DNA of 32,000 nt from Mycolicibacterium smegmatis (GCF_001457595.1 NZ_LN831039.1:3180001-3212000); one strand, 5' to 3'; positions 13,779-24,967 are shown, counted from the stretch's first letter. Notes: generated by a model not told the origin, from the letters alone. Translations and numbers: made by a program.

Positions 13779-14618
13779 ATGTCCACACCCGAGAACATCG
13801 ACGGCCCACCCAGATCGAAGACACCGCTGTACGCGGGCATCGCGGCCGTCGTCGTGGTGGTCCTCGTCGTCGCCGGGTTCTTGTGGCTGCGCGGATCCGG
13901 TGAGAAGAAACTCACGGTCGCCGCGACGCAGGTGCCGCACGCCGAGATCCTCGAGTTCATCAAGAACGGCCAGGCCAAGGACGCCGGACTGGACTTCGAC
14001 ATCCGCGTGTTCGACGACTACTCGCTGGGCAACCGCTGGCTGGCCGAGGGCGACATCGACGCCAACTACTTCCAGCACAAGCCCTACCTCGACGAGCAGG
14101 TCGCCGACTTCGGCTACCAGTTGCACGCCTTCCCGGGCGTGCACATCGAGCCCTACGCCGCGTTCTCCGAGAAGTACCGCAGCGCAAACGATCTCCCGGA
14201 CGGCGCCAAGATCAGCATCACCGACGACGGCTCGAACCAGGCTCGTGCCCTGGCTCTGCTGGCCTCCAAACACCTCGTCACGCTGCCCACCGACGGGCCC
14301 GTGAACGTGCACACCATCGGCAACCCGAAAAACCTGCAGTTCATCGAGGCCGCACCGGATCTGCAGGCCAAGGCAGTTCCGGACGTCGACCTGGCGATCC
14401 TCAACGGCAACTACTTCCTCGACGCCGGATACACACTCAAGGACGCGTTGATCGTCGAATCGCTGGAGAACAACCAGTACGCGAACTTCCTGGTGAGCCG
14501 TGAGGACAACCAGGACGATCCCGACATCGTCAAGCTCAACGAGCTGCTGCACAGCGACGCCACGCGCGACTTCATCAAGGAGCGCTGGCCCGGCGGAGAC
14601 GTCTCGCCGGCGTTCTGA
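13779..14618 (+). CDS. metQ: NlpA/MetQ-family substrate-binding protein with N-terminal TM anchor
   Basis: LTVAATQVPHAEILEF, GDIDANYFQHKPYLD, GAKISITDDGSNQARAL, NYFLDAGYT. N-terminus LYAGIAAVVVVVLVVAGFLWL. Confidence 0.88.
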   Translation: MSTPENIDGPPRSKTPLYAGIAAVVVVVLVVAGFLWLRGSGEKKLTVAATQVPHAEILEFIKNGQAKDAGLDFDIRVFDDYSLGNRWLAEGDIDANYFQHKPYLDEQVADFGYQLHAFPGVHIEPYAAFSEKYRSANDLPDGAKISITDDGSNQARALALLASKHLVTLPTDGPVNVHTIGNPKNLQFIEAAPDLQAKAVPDVDLAILNGNYFLDAGYTLKDALIVESLENNQYANFLVSREDNQDDPDIVKLNELLHSDATRDFIKERWPGGDVSPAF

Positions 14619-14640
14619 TTCTCGGCGACAGCCGCCAAAG

Positions 14641-14685
14641 CGACGAAATCGTCGCAATCCCAACCGGATTGCGACGATTTCGTCG
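14641..14685. terminator. 20-bp perfect inverted repeat, probable bidirectional terminator between convergent genes
   Basis: CGACGAAATCGTCGCAATCC-CAACC-GGATTGCGACGATTTCGTCG, between metQ stop (14618) and the reverse-strand hydrolase stop (14695). Confidence 0.8.
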
Positions 14686-14694
14686 TTCTCGGGA

Positions 14695-15642
14695 CTAGCT
14701 GTGCAGCGCCTCGCGAAGTGCGGCGAGGCCACGGTCGAACGCCTCGGTGGCGGCGGGCACCACACCCGAGTAGCCGAGGTAGCCGTGCACCAGCGTGTCG
14801 GCGTTGTCCAACTGCACCGGAACCCCGGCCGCGGCCAGCAAGTCGCCGTAGTGCACACCGTCATCACGCAGCGGATCGTGACCGGCCACCGCGATGTAGG
14901 CGGGCGCCAGACCCGACAGGTCGTCGTGGCGCGCGGGCACCAGCGTGGCAGGCGGATCGGTCAGGTCGACATGACCGGCGTACCAGGCCGAGAAGCCCTT
15001 GACGGCATCGATCGCGAGGACCGGGGCGTCGGCGTTCTCGGCGAACGACGGCAGCGACGTGTCCCACGTGGTGGCCGGGTACCACAGCAGCTGCATCCGT
15101 AGCGCCGGCGCGCCCGCGTCACGCGCGAGCTGCGCGACCACGGCGGCGAGGTTGCCGCCCGCGGAGTCGCCGGCCACCGCGAGCCGCTCGGCGTCGCCAC
15201 CGAGCTCCTCGGCATGCGCGGCGACCCACTGCGTGGCGGCCCACACGTCGTCGACCGCCGCGGGGTACGGATGCTCGGGCGCGAGCCGGTAGTCCACGGA
15301 CACCACGACCGCCTCGGCGCCCGCGGCGTGGCGCCGCGCGGTGGCGTCGTAGCTGTCCAGGTCGCCGACCGACCAGCCGCCGCCGTGAAAAAACAGCACG
15401 ACCGGCAGTTTCACGCCTTCGGCGGTCGGCGGACGGTAGACCCGGACGCCGATGGGGCCGGCCGGGCCTTCGATCGTGCGGTCGTGCACGCTCAGCTCGG
15501 GATGGATCTCCGCGCGCGGCAGTTCGCTGAATTTGCGGCGCGCCTCCTCGACACCATCGGCGGTGGACAGTTGGAACGGCACAAGCTCCAGTACCTTCTG
15601 CAGAATGGCATCGAGGGCCGGTTTCTCGTCAGCAACAGACAC
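14695..15642 (-). CDS. Alpha/beta hydrolase, HSL/LipH-type esterase
   Basis: [13 protein letters not shown] oxyanion motif, [14 protein letters not shown] nucleophile elbow, [10 protein letters not shown] and VHGYLG for the acid/His region. Confidence 0.9.
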   Translation of the reverse strand: MSVADEKPALDAILQKVLELVPFQLSTADGVEEARRKFSELPRAEIHPELSVHDRTIEGPAGPIGVRVYRPPTAEGVKLPVVLFFHGGGWSVGDLDSYDATARRHAAGAEAVVVSVDYRLAPEHPYPAAVDDVWAATQWVAAHAEELGGDAERLAVAGDSAGGNLAAVVAQLARDAGAPALRMQLLWYPATTWDTSLPSFAENADAPVLAIDAVKGFSAWYAGHVDLTDPPATLVPARHDDLSGLAPAYIAVAGHDPLRDDGVHYGDLLAAAGVPVQLDNADTLVHGYLGYSGVVPAATEAFDRGLAALREALHS

Positions 15643-15648
15643 ACCGAC

Positions 15649-15654
15649 ACGGTA
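15649..15654 (-). promoter_or_regulatory. Candidate -10 box TACCGT for a leaderless hydrolase transcript
   Basis: Reverse strand reads TACCGT-GTCGGT-GTG, matching TANNNT-N6-start. Confidence 0.45.
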
Positions 15655-15676
15655 CGCACACCGCGCGACGTCGTGG

Positions 15677-16348
15677 TTGTGGGGCGCCGCGGCCGTCGTC
15701 GGTGCAGGTTACGGCGTCTTTCTCATCGTCACGGCCCTACGGCTGCCCGCGGGCGCCGCGCTCACCGGCCAGTTCGCCGCGCAGCCCGCGGTCAAGGCGC
15801 TCGCCGCGGTCCTGCTGGCCGCCGCCGCATGCACCCACCCGATCCGGCGCGAGCGCCGCTGGCTGGTCGCCGCGCTGCTGTTCTCGGCCGTGGGCGACTT
15901 CCTGCTGGCCATCCCGTGGTGGGAGCCGTCGTTCGTCGGGGGTCTCGCGGCCTTCCTCGTGGCGCACCTGTGCTTCCTGGCCGCGCTGCTGCCGTTGGCG
16001 CGCCGCACCCCGGGCCGCCTGACCGCCGTGGCCGTCACGGTCGTCGCGTGCCTGGCGTTGTTGGCCTGGTTCTGGCCGCGGCTCGTCGAACAGGGCATGG
16101 CCGTGCCGGTCACCGCCTACATCGCGGTGCTGGGCGCCATGGTGTGTGCGGCGCTGCTGGCCGGGCTGCCGACGCCGTGGACGGCCGCGGGCGCGGTGTG
16201 CTTCGCAGTGAGCGACGCGATGATCGGCATGAGCGAGTTCGTGCGTGGTGATCAACTGCTGGCCGTACCGATCTGGTGGGCGTACGCGGCGTCGCTGCTG
16301 CTGATCACCGCGGGCCTGTTCACGAAACGCGGGACACCTGCGCAGTGA
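15677..16348 (+). CDS. YhhN-like polytopic membrane protein
   Basis: Several TM segments, [29 protein letters not shown]. Start uncertain: the track ORF from 15452 overlaps the divergent hydrolase, so in-frame TTG at 15677 is preferred. Confidence 0.75.
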   Translation: MWGAAAVVGAGYGVFLIVTALRLPAGAALTGQFAAQPAVKALAAVLLAAAACTHPIRRERRWLVAALLFSAVGDFLLAIPWWEPSFVGGLAAFLVAHLCFLAALLPLARRTPGRLTAVAVTVVACLALLAWFWPRLVEQGMAVPVTAYIAVLGAMVCAALLAGLPTPWTAAGAVCFAVSDAMIGMSEFVRGDQLLAVPIWWAYAASLLLITAGLFTKRGTPAQ

Positions 16349-18345
16349 CCCTCACCCGGCGTGCAGCAGAACACGAACCGATCGCCCGGGTACTGCCCAT
16401 GCTGTCGGTTCCACATCTGGACCGCGAGTTCGACTACCTGGTGTCGGAGGAACTGTCCGACAACGCCCAGCCCGGTGTGCGGGCCAAGGTGCGGTTCCAC
16501 GGCAGGCTGGTCGACGCGTTCATCCTCGAACGCCGCTCCGACACCGACCACGAGGGCAGGCTCGGCTGGCTCGACAAGGTGGTCTCACCGGAACCCGTGC
16601 TGACCACCGATGTGCGGCGCCTGGTCGACGCGGTGGCCGCGCGGTACGCGGGCACGCGTCCCGACGTGCTGCGCTTGGCGATCCCGCCACGCCACGCCAC
16701 CGTCGAGAAACAGACGCCCGCCGAGCCCGAACCGGTCCCCGCGATCGACATCGACAGCAGCGGCTGGGCCCGGTATGCGCGCGGCGAACAGTTCCTCACC
16801 GCGCTCGGTGAGGGACGCGCCGCGCGCGCCGTGTGGCAGGCGCTGCCCGGCGAGCAGTGGCCGCAACGGCTGGCCGAGGCGGCCGCGGCGACGGTCAACG
16901 CGGGCCAGGGCGTGCTGGCGATCATGCCCGACCAGCGCGATGTCGACGCCCTGCACGCGGCCGTCACCGCCCACGTCCCCGAGTCACGCGTGGTGGCGCT
17001 GTCGGCGGGGCTCGGGCCCTCGGCGCGGTACCGCCGCTGGCTCGCGGCGCTGCGCGGCCACGCGCGGGTGGTGATCGGAACCCGCAGCGCGGTTTTCGCG
17101 CCGGTGGCCGATCTGGGCCTGATCCTGGTGTGGGACGACGGCGACGACAACCTCGCCGAACCGCGTGCCCCGTATCCGCACGCACGTGAGGTCGCCATGC
17201 TGCGTGCCCACCAATTGCGTTGTGCGGCAGTCATCGGCGGCTATGCGCGCACCGCGGAGGCCCACGCGCTGGTGCGGACGCGGTGGGCACACGACCTGGT
17301 GGCGACCCGGTCGGTGGTGCGCAGCGTCGCGCCGCGCGTCGTCGCGTTGGAGGAGAGCAGGTATCAGCAGGAGCGGGACCCGGCCGCGCACAGCGCACGA
17401 CTGCCCTCGATGGCGCTGCAGGCCGCGCGCACGGCGCTGGACGCCGACCGCCCGGTGCTCATCCAGGTGCCGCGGCGCGGGTATGTGCCCGCACTCGCGT
17501 GCGCACGGTGCCGCACCGTGACCCGGTGCAGGCACTGCACCGGCCCGCTCGCGCTGCCCGATCGCGACAGCGCCGCCGCCCAGTGCCGCTGGTGCGGGCG
17601 GGCCGAACCCGCGTTGCGCTGTGCGCGTTGTGGTTCCGACGCGGTACGCGCGGTCGTGGTCGGGGCCCGCCGCACCGCCGAGGAACTCGGGCGCGCGTTC
17701 CCCGGCACACCGGTGATCACCTCGGGCGGTGACACCGTGGTGTCCGACGTACGGGGGACACGTGCACTCGTGGTGTCGACCCCGGGCGCCGAACCCGCCG
17801 CCGACGGCGGTTACGGCGCGGCGCTTCTGCTCGACGCGTGGGCGCTGCTGGGCAGACAGGACCTGCGCGCCGCCGAGGACACGCTGCGGCGGTGGATGGC
17901 GGCCGCGGCGCTCGTGCGGCCCCGCGCCGACGGCGGTGTGGTCGCGGTGGTAGCCGAATCGGTGCTGCCGACCGTGCAGGCGCTCATCCGCTGGGATCCC
18001 GTGGGCCACGCCGACGCCGAGCTCGACAGCCGCGGTGAGGTGGGACTGCCGCCCGCGGTACACATGGCCGCGGTGGACGGCACCCCGAAAGCCGTGACGG
18101 CGCTGCTGGACCACGCCCTGTTGCCCGAGGGGGCCGAGCGGTTGGGTCCGGTCGACCTGCCGTTCGGTGCCCGCAGGCCACCCGGTCTCGACGCCGATGC
18201 CGAGGTCAGTCGCATGCTCGTACGCGTGCCCCGCGCGGGCGGCCTGGCGCTCGCGGCCGCGCTGCGGCGCGCGACCGCGGTGCTAAGCGCACGCCACGAC
18301 CAGGAGCCATCTCGCGTCCAGATCGACCCTTTGCACATAGGGTGA
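16345..18345 (+). CDS. priA: PriA-like primosomal protein N' lacking intact helicase motifs
   Basis: [51 protein letters not shown], four CxxC pairs (CARC, CRHC, CRWC, CARC). GTG overlaps the upstream stop. Confidence 0.92.
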   Translation: MTLTRRAAEHEPIARVLPMLSVPHLDREFDYLVSEELSDNAQPGVRAKVRFHGRLVDAFILERRSDTDHEGRLGWLDKVVSPEPVLTTDVRRLVDAVAARYAGTRPDVLRLAIPPRHATVEKQTPAEPEPVPAIDIDSSGWARYARGEQFLTALGEGRAARAVWQALPGEQWPQRLAEAAAATVNAGQGVLAIMPDQRDVDALHAAVTAHVPESRVVALSAGLGPSARYRRWLAALRGHARVVIGTRSAVFAPVADLGLILVWDDGDDNLAEPRAPYPHAREVAMLRAHQLRCAAVIGGYARTAEAHALVRTRWAHDLVATRSVVRSVAPRVVALEESRYQQERDPAAHSARLPSMALQAARTALDADRPVLIQVPRRGYVPALACARCRTVTRCRHCTGPLALPDRDSAAAQCRWCGRAEPALRCARCGSDAVRAVVVGARRTAEELGRAFPGTPVITSGGDTVVSDVRGTRALVVSTPGAEPAADGGYGAALLLDAWALLGRQDLRAAEDTLRRWMAAAALVRPRADGGVVAVVAESVLPTVQALIRWDPVGHADAELDSRGEVGLPPAVHMAAVDGTPKAVTALLDHALLPEGAERLGPVDLPFGARRPPGLDADAEVSRMLVRVPRAGGLALAAALRRATAVLSARHDQEPSRVQIDPLHIG

Positions 18346-18352
18346 TCTGCAC

Positions 18353-18368
18353 GCTCCGCGTGCGGAGC
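18353..18368. terminator. Weak short hairpin after priA
   Basis: GCTCCGC-GT-GCGGAGC, 7-bp arms. The 2-nt loop would force the inner pair open. Confidence 0.25.
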
Positions 18369-18405
18369 TGAACGGCGAACCACTTGGCTCGAACAGGAGG
18401 CTGGT

Positions 18406-20214
18406 GTGCGACGGGTCGTGGCGTGGACGTTCACCTTGGCGCTCATCGTGTTCGGTCTGCTGTGGCCGGTGATCTTCGCAGGCGGGGGCGGCGACGCGGC
18501 AAACGTCGACGACCCGGTGGTGATCACCGACTACCGTGCCCAGTTCAGCATCGACGCCGACGGCGAGATGAAGGCCGTCGAGACCATCACCGCGGACTTC
18601 CCGAGCGGCCGGCACGGCATCTTCCGGTACTGGGATGTGGCCAATCCCAACAACCCCCATGTGCGGCAGATCCCCGAGATCACCTCGATCGACCTCGACG
18701 GCAGGCCCGCCCCGTACGAGATGCAGTGGGCCGACAACCAGCGCTTCCGCATCGCCAAGATCGGTGACCCGGACTCCACGCTGTCCTACGGCACCCACGT
18801 GTTCGAGATCGCCTACACCGTGCCCGGTGTCCTCGACCCGGGCAGTGTCGGCGCCGATCGCCGCTTCGCGGCCGAATCGGGCGATCCGCAGGCGCCAACC
18901 ACGTTCTACTGGAATGTGATCGCCTCGGCGTGGAACAACTTCATCCGGCACGCCGACATCACCGTGGCGCTGCCCGCCGACGCCACGGGAGCCCAGTGCA
19001 GCGTCGGATACGGCGTCGGCACCCCGTGTGATCTCACGGTGTCCGGCAACACCGTGCGCCTCCAGGCGGACAACCTCGAGCCCAGAACCCCGGTCACCCT
19101 GCGTGCCGGGGTCGACGTGCCCACACCGGCACAGGCCGAGCTGCCGTGGCCCTACACCTGGGACCCGGTGCTGGGGCGGTCGGTTCCGCGCGTGGTCACC
19201 ACCGGCGTCCTGACGGTCCTCGCCGCGTTGGGAGCGCTGATGTGGCTGCGGACCACCATCGAGCCGTCACCGGGATTCCCGGTGCAGTACGCACCGCCCG
19301 ACGGACTCGGGCCGGTGCAACTGGAGTTCATCCGCACCGAGGCGGTGCCGTCGAACGGGCTCACCGCAACGCTGTTCCATCTCGCCGACCGCGGCCTGAT
19401 CTCGCTGCGTCAGGAGAGCGAAACCCGCTGGAGCATCCGGGGCATGGCAGCGCCGGCAGCATGGGCCGATGCCGACGAGGTCGGGATCGCGGTGGGGGCC
19501 GCGCTCAAGGTGATGAGCCCGGGCGCGACGTTCCGCGCAGACGGATCGGTCACCGCGGGCAAGAAGCTCAACCGGGCCAAGACCGACATGGCGGACGCGG
19601 TCAAGAAGTGGGCGTTCGACGGCGGGCTCATGGTCCGCCGCCGCAAGGAACTGTGGCTGCGCGTGGCCAATCTGTTCGCGTTCATCGCGGCGCTGGCCGG
19701 TTTCTGCCTGTGGTTCGGTAGCTCGGCCACGATGGTGGGGCTGCCGTTCGCGGCGTTCTTCGCGTTCTCCGTGGGATGCTGGCCGGCCGGGCTGGGCACG
19801 CGCCGCACCCCGGCAGGGCGCGAATTATGGTCGCGCGCAGGAGGATTTCATCGCCTGCTGTCGACGGATTCGGCCGAGACCCGGTTCGACTTCGCCGCGC
19901 GCAAGGACCTCTACGTCGCCTACATCCCGTTCGCGGTCGCGGCGGGAACCGCGGCGCTGTGGGCCAAGAAGTACCAGGCGTCGGTGGGTGAGATTGCCCC
20001 GCAACCGGATTGGTATCACTCGTCGTCCGACGGCGGGTGGAAGTTCTCCGACGGGGGCGGCGGCACGAGCTTCGACAGTTTCGAGTCGGCGCTATCGTCG
20101 TCGATAAGCGCATACACCGCGTCGCAGTCGTCGTCCTCGTCCTCGTCGGGCGGCGGCGGGTCCAGCGGCGGTGGTGGCGGTGGCGGCGGCGGGGGAGGAG
20201 GCGGTTCGTGGTGA
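18406..20214 (+). CDS. DUF2207-like membrane protein with Ser/Gly-repeat C-terminal tail
   Basis: N-terminal hydrophobic segment, extracellular domain (VVITDYRAQFSIDADGEMKAVETITADFPSGRHGIFRYWDV), later TM segments, tail SASQSSSSSSSGGGGSSGGGGGGGGGGGGGSW. Confidence 0.85.
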   Translation: MRRVVAWTFTLALIVFGLLWPVIFAGGGGDAANVDDPVVITDYRAQFSIDADGEMKAVETITADFPSGRHGIFRYWDVANPNNPHVRQIPEITSIDLDGRPAPYEMQWADNQRFRIAKIGDPDSTLSYGTHVFEIAYTVPGVLDPGSVGADRRFAAESGDPQAPTTFYWNVIASAWNNFIRHADITVALPADATGAQCSVGYGVGTPCDLTVSGNTVRLQADNLEPRTPVTLRAGVDVPTPAQAELPWPYTWDPVLGRSVPRVVTTGVLTVLAALGALMWLRTTIEPSPGFPVQYAPPDGLGPVQLEFIRTEAVPSNGLTATLFHLADRGLISLRQESETRWSIRGMAAPAAWADADEVGIAVGAALKVMSPGATFRADGSVTAGKKLNRAKTDMADAVKKWAFDGGLMVRRRKELWLRVANLFAFIAALAGFCLWFGSSATMVGLPFAAFFAFSVGCWPAGLGTRRTPAGRELWSRAGGFHRLLSTDSAETRFDFAARKDLYVAYIPFAVAAGTAALWAKKYQASVGEIAPQPDWYHSSSDGGWKFSDGGGGTSFDSFESALSSSISAYTASQSSSSSSSGGGGSSGGGGGGGGGGGGGSW

Positions 20215-20744
20215 CCGTGTTGTTGGTCGTGGTGCTGCTGTCGGCGGTGGCGGTGCTCATCGGTTTCGTCTCTGGGTACAACAAGCTGCGCGCTGCCGAC
20301 GTGCACGTGGCCGAGGCGCTCAGCGGTATCGACGTCGAACTCACCAGGCGGGCCTCGCTGATCCCCAGCCTGGTGCACACCGTGCAGACGTTCGCCGCCC
20401 ACGAGCAGGCGATCCTCAACCAGGTCACCTCGGCCCGCGCGGCGCTGGCCGCCGCGACCACGGGCACCTCGGTCGCCCAGCGCAGCGCCGCAGAACGCCA
20501 ACTCGACACCGCGATCGCCGGTGTGCTGTCGCTCGGCTCGTCCTATCCGCAACTGAACTCGTCGAACAACTTCCTGCACCTGCAGCAGAACCTCGCCGAC
20601 ACCGAGGACAAGCTCGCGTTCGCGCGTCAGTACTACAACGACGCCGTGGCCACCCTCAACCGCATGGTGGGCAGCATCCCCTGGATGTACGTGGCGTCGG
20701 TGGCCGGGGTGTCCGAGCGCGAGTACTACCAGACACCACGGTGA
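20211..20744 (+). CDS. LemA-family protein
   Basis: N-terminal TM then FVSGYNKLRAADVHVAEALSGIDVELTRRASLIPSLVHTVQTFAAHE...FARQYYNDAVATLNRMV. GTG overlaps the DUF2207 stop (GTGA). Confidence 0.88.
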   Translation: MTVLLVVVLLSAVAVLIGFVSGYNKLRAADVHVAEALSGIDVELTRRASLIPSLVHTVQTFAAHEQAILNQVTSARAALAAATTGTSVAQRSAAERQLDTAIAGVLSLGSSYPQLNSSNNFLHLQQNLADTEDKLAFARQYYNDAVATLNRMVGSIPWMYVASVAGVSEREYYQTPR

Positions 20745-20762
20745 GACGGTGCACGGCTTCCC

Positions 20763-20768
20763 TAGACT
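20763..20768 (+). promoter_or_regulatory. Candidate -10 box TAGACT for a leaderless fmt transcript
   Basis: Reads TAGACT-GGCGCA-GTG, with 6 nt to the fmt start codon at 20775. Confidence 0.55.
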
Positions 20769-20774
20769 GGCGCA

Positions 20775-21713
20775 GTGCGCCTCGTCTTTGCCGGAACCCC
20801 CGAACCCGCGTTGCCGTCGCTGCGCCGGCTGATCGAATCCCCACGTCACGATGTGGTGGCAGTGCTGACGCGGCCTGACGCGGCCGCCGGGCGGCGCGGT
20901 AAACCCCGGCCCTCGCCCGTGGCCCAGCTGGCGCTCGAACACGGCATCCCGCTGCTGCGCCCGGACCGGCCCAACAGCGACGAGTTCGTCGCCGAGCTCA
21001 CCGAGCTCGCGCCGGACTGCTGCGCGGTGGTGGCCTACGGGGCGTTGTTGAGCCAACGGCTGCTCGCCGTGCCGCGCCACGGCTGGATCAACCTGCACTT
21101 CTCGCTGCTGCCCGCATGGCGCGGCGCGGCCCCGGTGCAGGCCGCGATCGCCGCGGGTGACACCGTGACCGGCGCGACGACCTTCCAGATCGAGCCCGCG
21201 CTGGATTCCGGGCCGGTGTACGGCGTGGTGACCGAGACCGTGCGCGACACCGACACCGCCGGTGATCTCCTTGAGCGCCTTTCGGATTCGGGTGCCGAGC
21301 TGTTGGAGCGCACGATCGACGGCATCGCCGACGGGTCACTGACCGCGGTGCCACAACCGTCCGAGGGCATCACCGTCGCACCCAAGATCACCGTCGAATC
21401 GGCGCGTGTGCGCTGGGATCTGCCCGCACATGTCGTCGACCGGCGCATCCGTGCGGTCACCCCCAACCCTGGCGCGTGGACCATGATCGGTGAGCTGCGG
21501 GTCAAGGTGGGGCCGGTCACGGTCGACCAGGCTGCCGAGGCCGACGGGCCGCTGGCTCCCGGTGAGATCCGCGTGGGCCGCAACAGTGTTCACGTCGGCA
21601 CCGGCTCGCATCCGGTGCGGCTGGGGCAGATCCAACCGCCGGGCAAGAAGCTCATGAACGCCGCGGACTGGGCCCGCGGCGCCCGCCTCGAAGAACCCGT
21701 GAGTGCCTCGTGA
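20775..21713 (+). CDS. fmt: Methionyl-tRNA formyltransferase
   Basis: [54 protein letters not shown]. Confidence 0.96.
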
Positions 21714-23104
21714 AACCCAACCACCCGCCGCGCAAACGTCCGCCGCGCCGCAAGCCGCTCGACCCGGCCCGGCGCGTCGCGTTCGACGTGCTGCGCGCGG
21801 TCTCCGAGCGCGACGCGTACGCCAATCTCGCGCTGCCCGCCATGCTCCGCGAGCGGGGGATCGACGGCCGTGACGCCGCGTTCGCCACCGAATTGACCTA
21901 CGGAGCGTGCCGCAGCCTGGGCCTGCTCGACGCGGTCATCGAGCGTGCCGCCGGACGGCCGACCGACCGCATCGACCCGGTGCTGCTGGACCTGCTGCGG
22001 CTGGGCACCTATCAACTGCTGCGCACACGCGTCGAACCACACGCCGCGGTGTCGACCACGGTGGAACAGGCCGGTATCGAATTCGATTCGGCGCGAGCCG
22101 GATTCGTCAACGGGGTGTTGCGCACCATCTCGGGTCGCGACGAGCAGGCCTGGATCGCCGAGCTGGCGCCGTCGGCAGAAACCGATCCGGTGGGCCACAC
22201 GGCCTTCGTACACGCCCACCCGCGCTGGATCGCGCAGGCGTTCACCGACGCCCTCGGCGCGGCGGCAGGCGAACTCGACGCGCTGCTCGCCAGCGACGAC
22301 GCGCGCCCTGTCGTGCATCTGGCCGCCCGTCCCACCGCGATCACCGCCGAGGAACTCGCCGAGCAGGCCGGCGGCACCGTCGGCCGGTACTCGCCGTACG
22401 CGGTGTACCTGACCGGCGGGGACCCGGGCCGGGTGCCCGCGGTGCGCGACGGCGCGGCCCAGGTGCAGGACGAGGGCAGCCAGCTGGTGGCGCGTGCGCT
22501 CACACTCGCCGAGGTCGACGGCACCGACGAGGGGCGGTGGCTGGACCTGTGCTCGGGGCCGGGCGGCAAAACCGCGCTGCTCGCGTCGATCGGGGCAGCC
22601 TCGGGTGCCCGCGTCACCGCGGTGGAACCCGCCGAACGACGCGCCGACCTGGTCGAGGAGAACACCAGGGGCCTCGGTGTCGAGGTGCACCGCGTCGACG
22701 GCCGCGAATCCGGACTCCAACCCGGCTTCGACCGGGTACTGGTCGACGCGCCGTGCACCGGACTGGGCGCGCTGCGGCGGCGCCCCGAGTCACGGTGGCG
22801 GCGCCAACCCGGCGACGTCGCGGCGCTGACCCGGCTGCAGCGCGAACTGCTGGCCGCGGCGATCCGGCTGACCCGGCCCGGCGGGGTGGTGCTGTACGCG
22901 ACGTGTTCACCGCATCTGGCCGAAACGGTCGGCGTCGTTGCCGACGCGATCCGCAGGCATCCGGTGACCGCCATGGACACCCGGCCGTTGTTCGCTCCGG
23001 TGGATGATCTGGGCGCCGGGCCGCACGTTCAGCTGTGGCCGCACCGGCACGGCACCGACGCGATGTTCGCCGCGGCCCTGCGGGTCGATCCCGACGTGCG
23101 GTGA
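21710..23104 (+). CDS. rsmB: RsmB/NOP-family 16S rRNA m5C methyltransferase
   Basis: NusB-like N-terminal domain, [57 protein letters not shown] overlaps the fmt stop. Confidence 0.93.
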
Positions 23105-23136
23105 GGATCGCCGGAAGCACACCGCGGCTGCGTTGT

Positions 23137-23142
23137 TAGGCT
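23137..23142 (+). promoter_or_regulatory. Candidate -10 box TAGGCT for a leaderless rpe transcript
   Basis: Reads TAGGCT-GACGTGC-ATG, with 7 nt to the rpe start codon at 23150. Confidence 0.45.
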
Positions 23143-23149
23143 GACGTGC

Positions 23150-23827
23150 ATGGCAGAACCCCTGATTGCGCCGTCGATTCTCGCCGCGGATTTCGCGCGG
23201 CTGGCCGACGAGGTGGCGGCGGTCGGTGATGCCGACTGGCTGCACGTCGACGTGATGGACAACCATTTCGTGCCCAACCTCACGCTCGGGCTTCCGGTGG
23301 TCGAATCGTTGCTCAAGGTGACCGACACCCCGATGGACTGCCATCTGATGATCGAGAATCCCGAGCGGTGGGCGCCCGGCTACGCCGAGGCGGGCGCTTA
23401 CAACGTGACGTTCCACGCCGAGGCCACCGACAACCCGATCGCGGTGGCCCGTGACATCCGGGCGGCGGGCGCCAAGGCCGGTCTGTCGGTCAAGCCGGGT
23501 ACCCCGCTGGAGCCCTACCTGGAGATCCTCCGCGAGTTCGACACCCTGCTGGTGATGTCGGTCGAGCCCGGTTTCGGCGGGCAGAAGTTCATCCCCGAGG
23601 TGCTGGCGAAGGTGGCCACCGCGCGTCGCCTGGTCGATTCGGGTGAGCTGACCGTGGTCGTCGAGATCGACGGCGGGATCAACGCCGACACCATCGAGCA
23701 GGCCGCCGAGGCCGGTGTGGACTGTTTCGTCGCCGGGTCGGCGGTGTACAGCGCCGAGGATCCCGCCGCGGCGGTGGAGGCCCTGCGCAGGCAGGCGGCC
23801 GGAGCCTCGAAGCACCTGTCGTTGTGA
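23150..23827 (+). CDS. rpe: Ribulose-phosphate 3-epimerase
   Basis: [64 protein letters not shown]. Confidence 0.97.
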   Translation: MAEPLIAPSILAADFARLADEVAAVGDADWLHVDVMDNHFVPNLTLGLPVVESLLKVTDTPMDCHLMIENPERWAPGYAEAGAYNVTFHAEATDNPIAVARDIRAAGAKAGLSVKPGTPLEPYLEILREFDTLLVMSVEPGFGGQKFIPEVLAKVATARRLVDSGELTVVVEIDGGINADTIEQAAEAGVDCFVAGSAVYSAEDPAAAVEALRRQAAGASKHLSL

Positions 23828-24831
23828 GCATCTCGGTCGAGGCCGCGATGCGGCTCGCCATCGATCAGGCCGAACAGGTCAAGGGCGCGACCTACCCCAA
23901 TCCTCCTGTCGGAGCGGTGATCCTCGATCGCGACGGCCAGGTCGCAGGCGTCGGGGGCACACAGCCCACGGGCGGACCGCACGCCGAGGTCATGGCGTTG
24001 CGGGCGGCCGCCGAGCGCGCCGAGGGCGGTACCGCGGTGGTGACCCTGGAACCCTGCAACCATCACGGCCGCACCCCGCCGTGTGTGGACGGCCTTGTCG
24101 CAGCAGGTATCTCGCGTGTGGTGTATGCGGTTGCCGACCCCAACCCGGTGGCCGCGGGCGGGTCGGCGCGCATGGCCTCCTCGGGCATCGAGGTCACCTC
24201 GGGTGTCTTGTCCGACGAGGTCGCCGGCGGGCCGCTGCGTGAGTGGCTGCACAAGCAGCGCACCGGATTGCCCCATGTCACATGGAAATTCGCGACCAGC
24301 GTGGACGGCCGCAGCGCCGCCGCCGACGGGTCCAGCCAGTGGATCACCAGCGCGGCCGCGCGGGCGGACGTGCACCGCAGACGCGCGGCGGCCGACGCCA
24401 TCGTGGTGGGCACCGGAACGGTCTTCGTCGACGATCCGTCGTTGACCGCGCGGTTGCCCGACGGCACCCTCGCCGACCGTCAACCGTTGCGTGTCGTCGT
24501 CGGACGACGCGAGGTGTCCTCGGATGCCAACGTGCTCAACGACGATTCGCGCACCATGGTGATCCGCACGCACGATCCGCACGAGGTGCTCCGTGCGCTG
24601 TCGGATCGCACCGACATCATGCTCGAGGGCGGCCCGACGCTGGCCGGTGCGTTCCTGCGCGCGGGCGTGGTGAACCGCATCCTGGCGTATGTGGCGCCGA
24701 TCCTGCTCGGGGGACCGATCACCGCGGTCGACGACGTCGGCGTGCCCAGCATCGCGCACGCGCAGCGGTGGCGGTTCGACTGTGTCCAGACCATCGGTCC
24801 GGACGTCCTGATGAGCCTGGTCCCCAACTGA
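23824..24831 (+). CDS. ribD: Bifunctional riboflavin deaminase/reductase
   Basis: [38 protein letters not shown] zinc deaminase motif, then reductase domain ([26 protein letters not shown]). Confidence 0.96.
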   Translation: MSISVEAAMRLAIDQAEQVKGATYPNPPVGAVILDRDGQVAGVGGTQPTGGPHAEVMALRAAAERAEGGTAVVTLEPCNHHGRTPPCVDGLVAAGISRVVYAVADPNPVAAGGSARMASSGIEVTSGVLSDEVAGGPLREWLHKQRTGLPHVTWKFATSVDGRSAAADGSSQWITSAAARADVHRRRAAADAIVVGTGTVFVDDPSLTARLPDGTLADRQPLRVVVGRREVSSDANVLNDDSRTMVIRTHDPHEVLRALSDRTDIMLEGGPTLAGAFLRAGVVNRILAYVAPILLGGPITAVDDVGVPSIAHAQRWRFDCVQTIGPDVLMSLVPN

Positions 24832-24901
24832 GGGCGACCGCGTTCGAGTTAACTGCCTCACGCGGGCCCATCGGACAGCGTCGACCATGCCCTGTTCTCG
24901 G

Positions 24902-24907
24902 TACACT
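24902..24907 (+). promoter_or_regulatory. Possible -10 box TACACT upstream of candidate small ORF
   Basis: TANNNT match about 60 nt upstream of GTG 24968. No clear -35. Confidence 0.25.
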
Positions 24908-24967
24908 CGTACCAGACGCGCGTTCACTGCCGTATGCGCCAGATGAACACGAGCAAAGGACACGAGC

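Noticed and set aside
12403-13824. 473-aa reverse ORF over metN/metI
   Set aside because: Antisense artefact. The forward ABC transporter frames carry unambiguous motifs.
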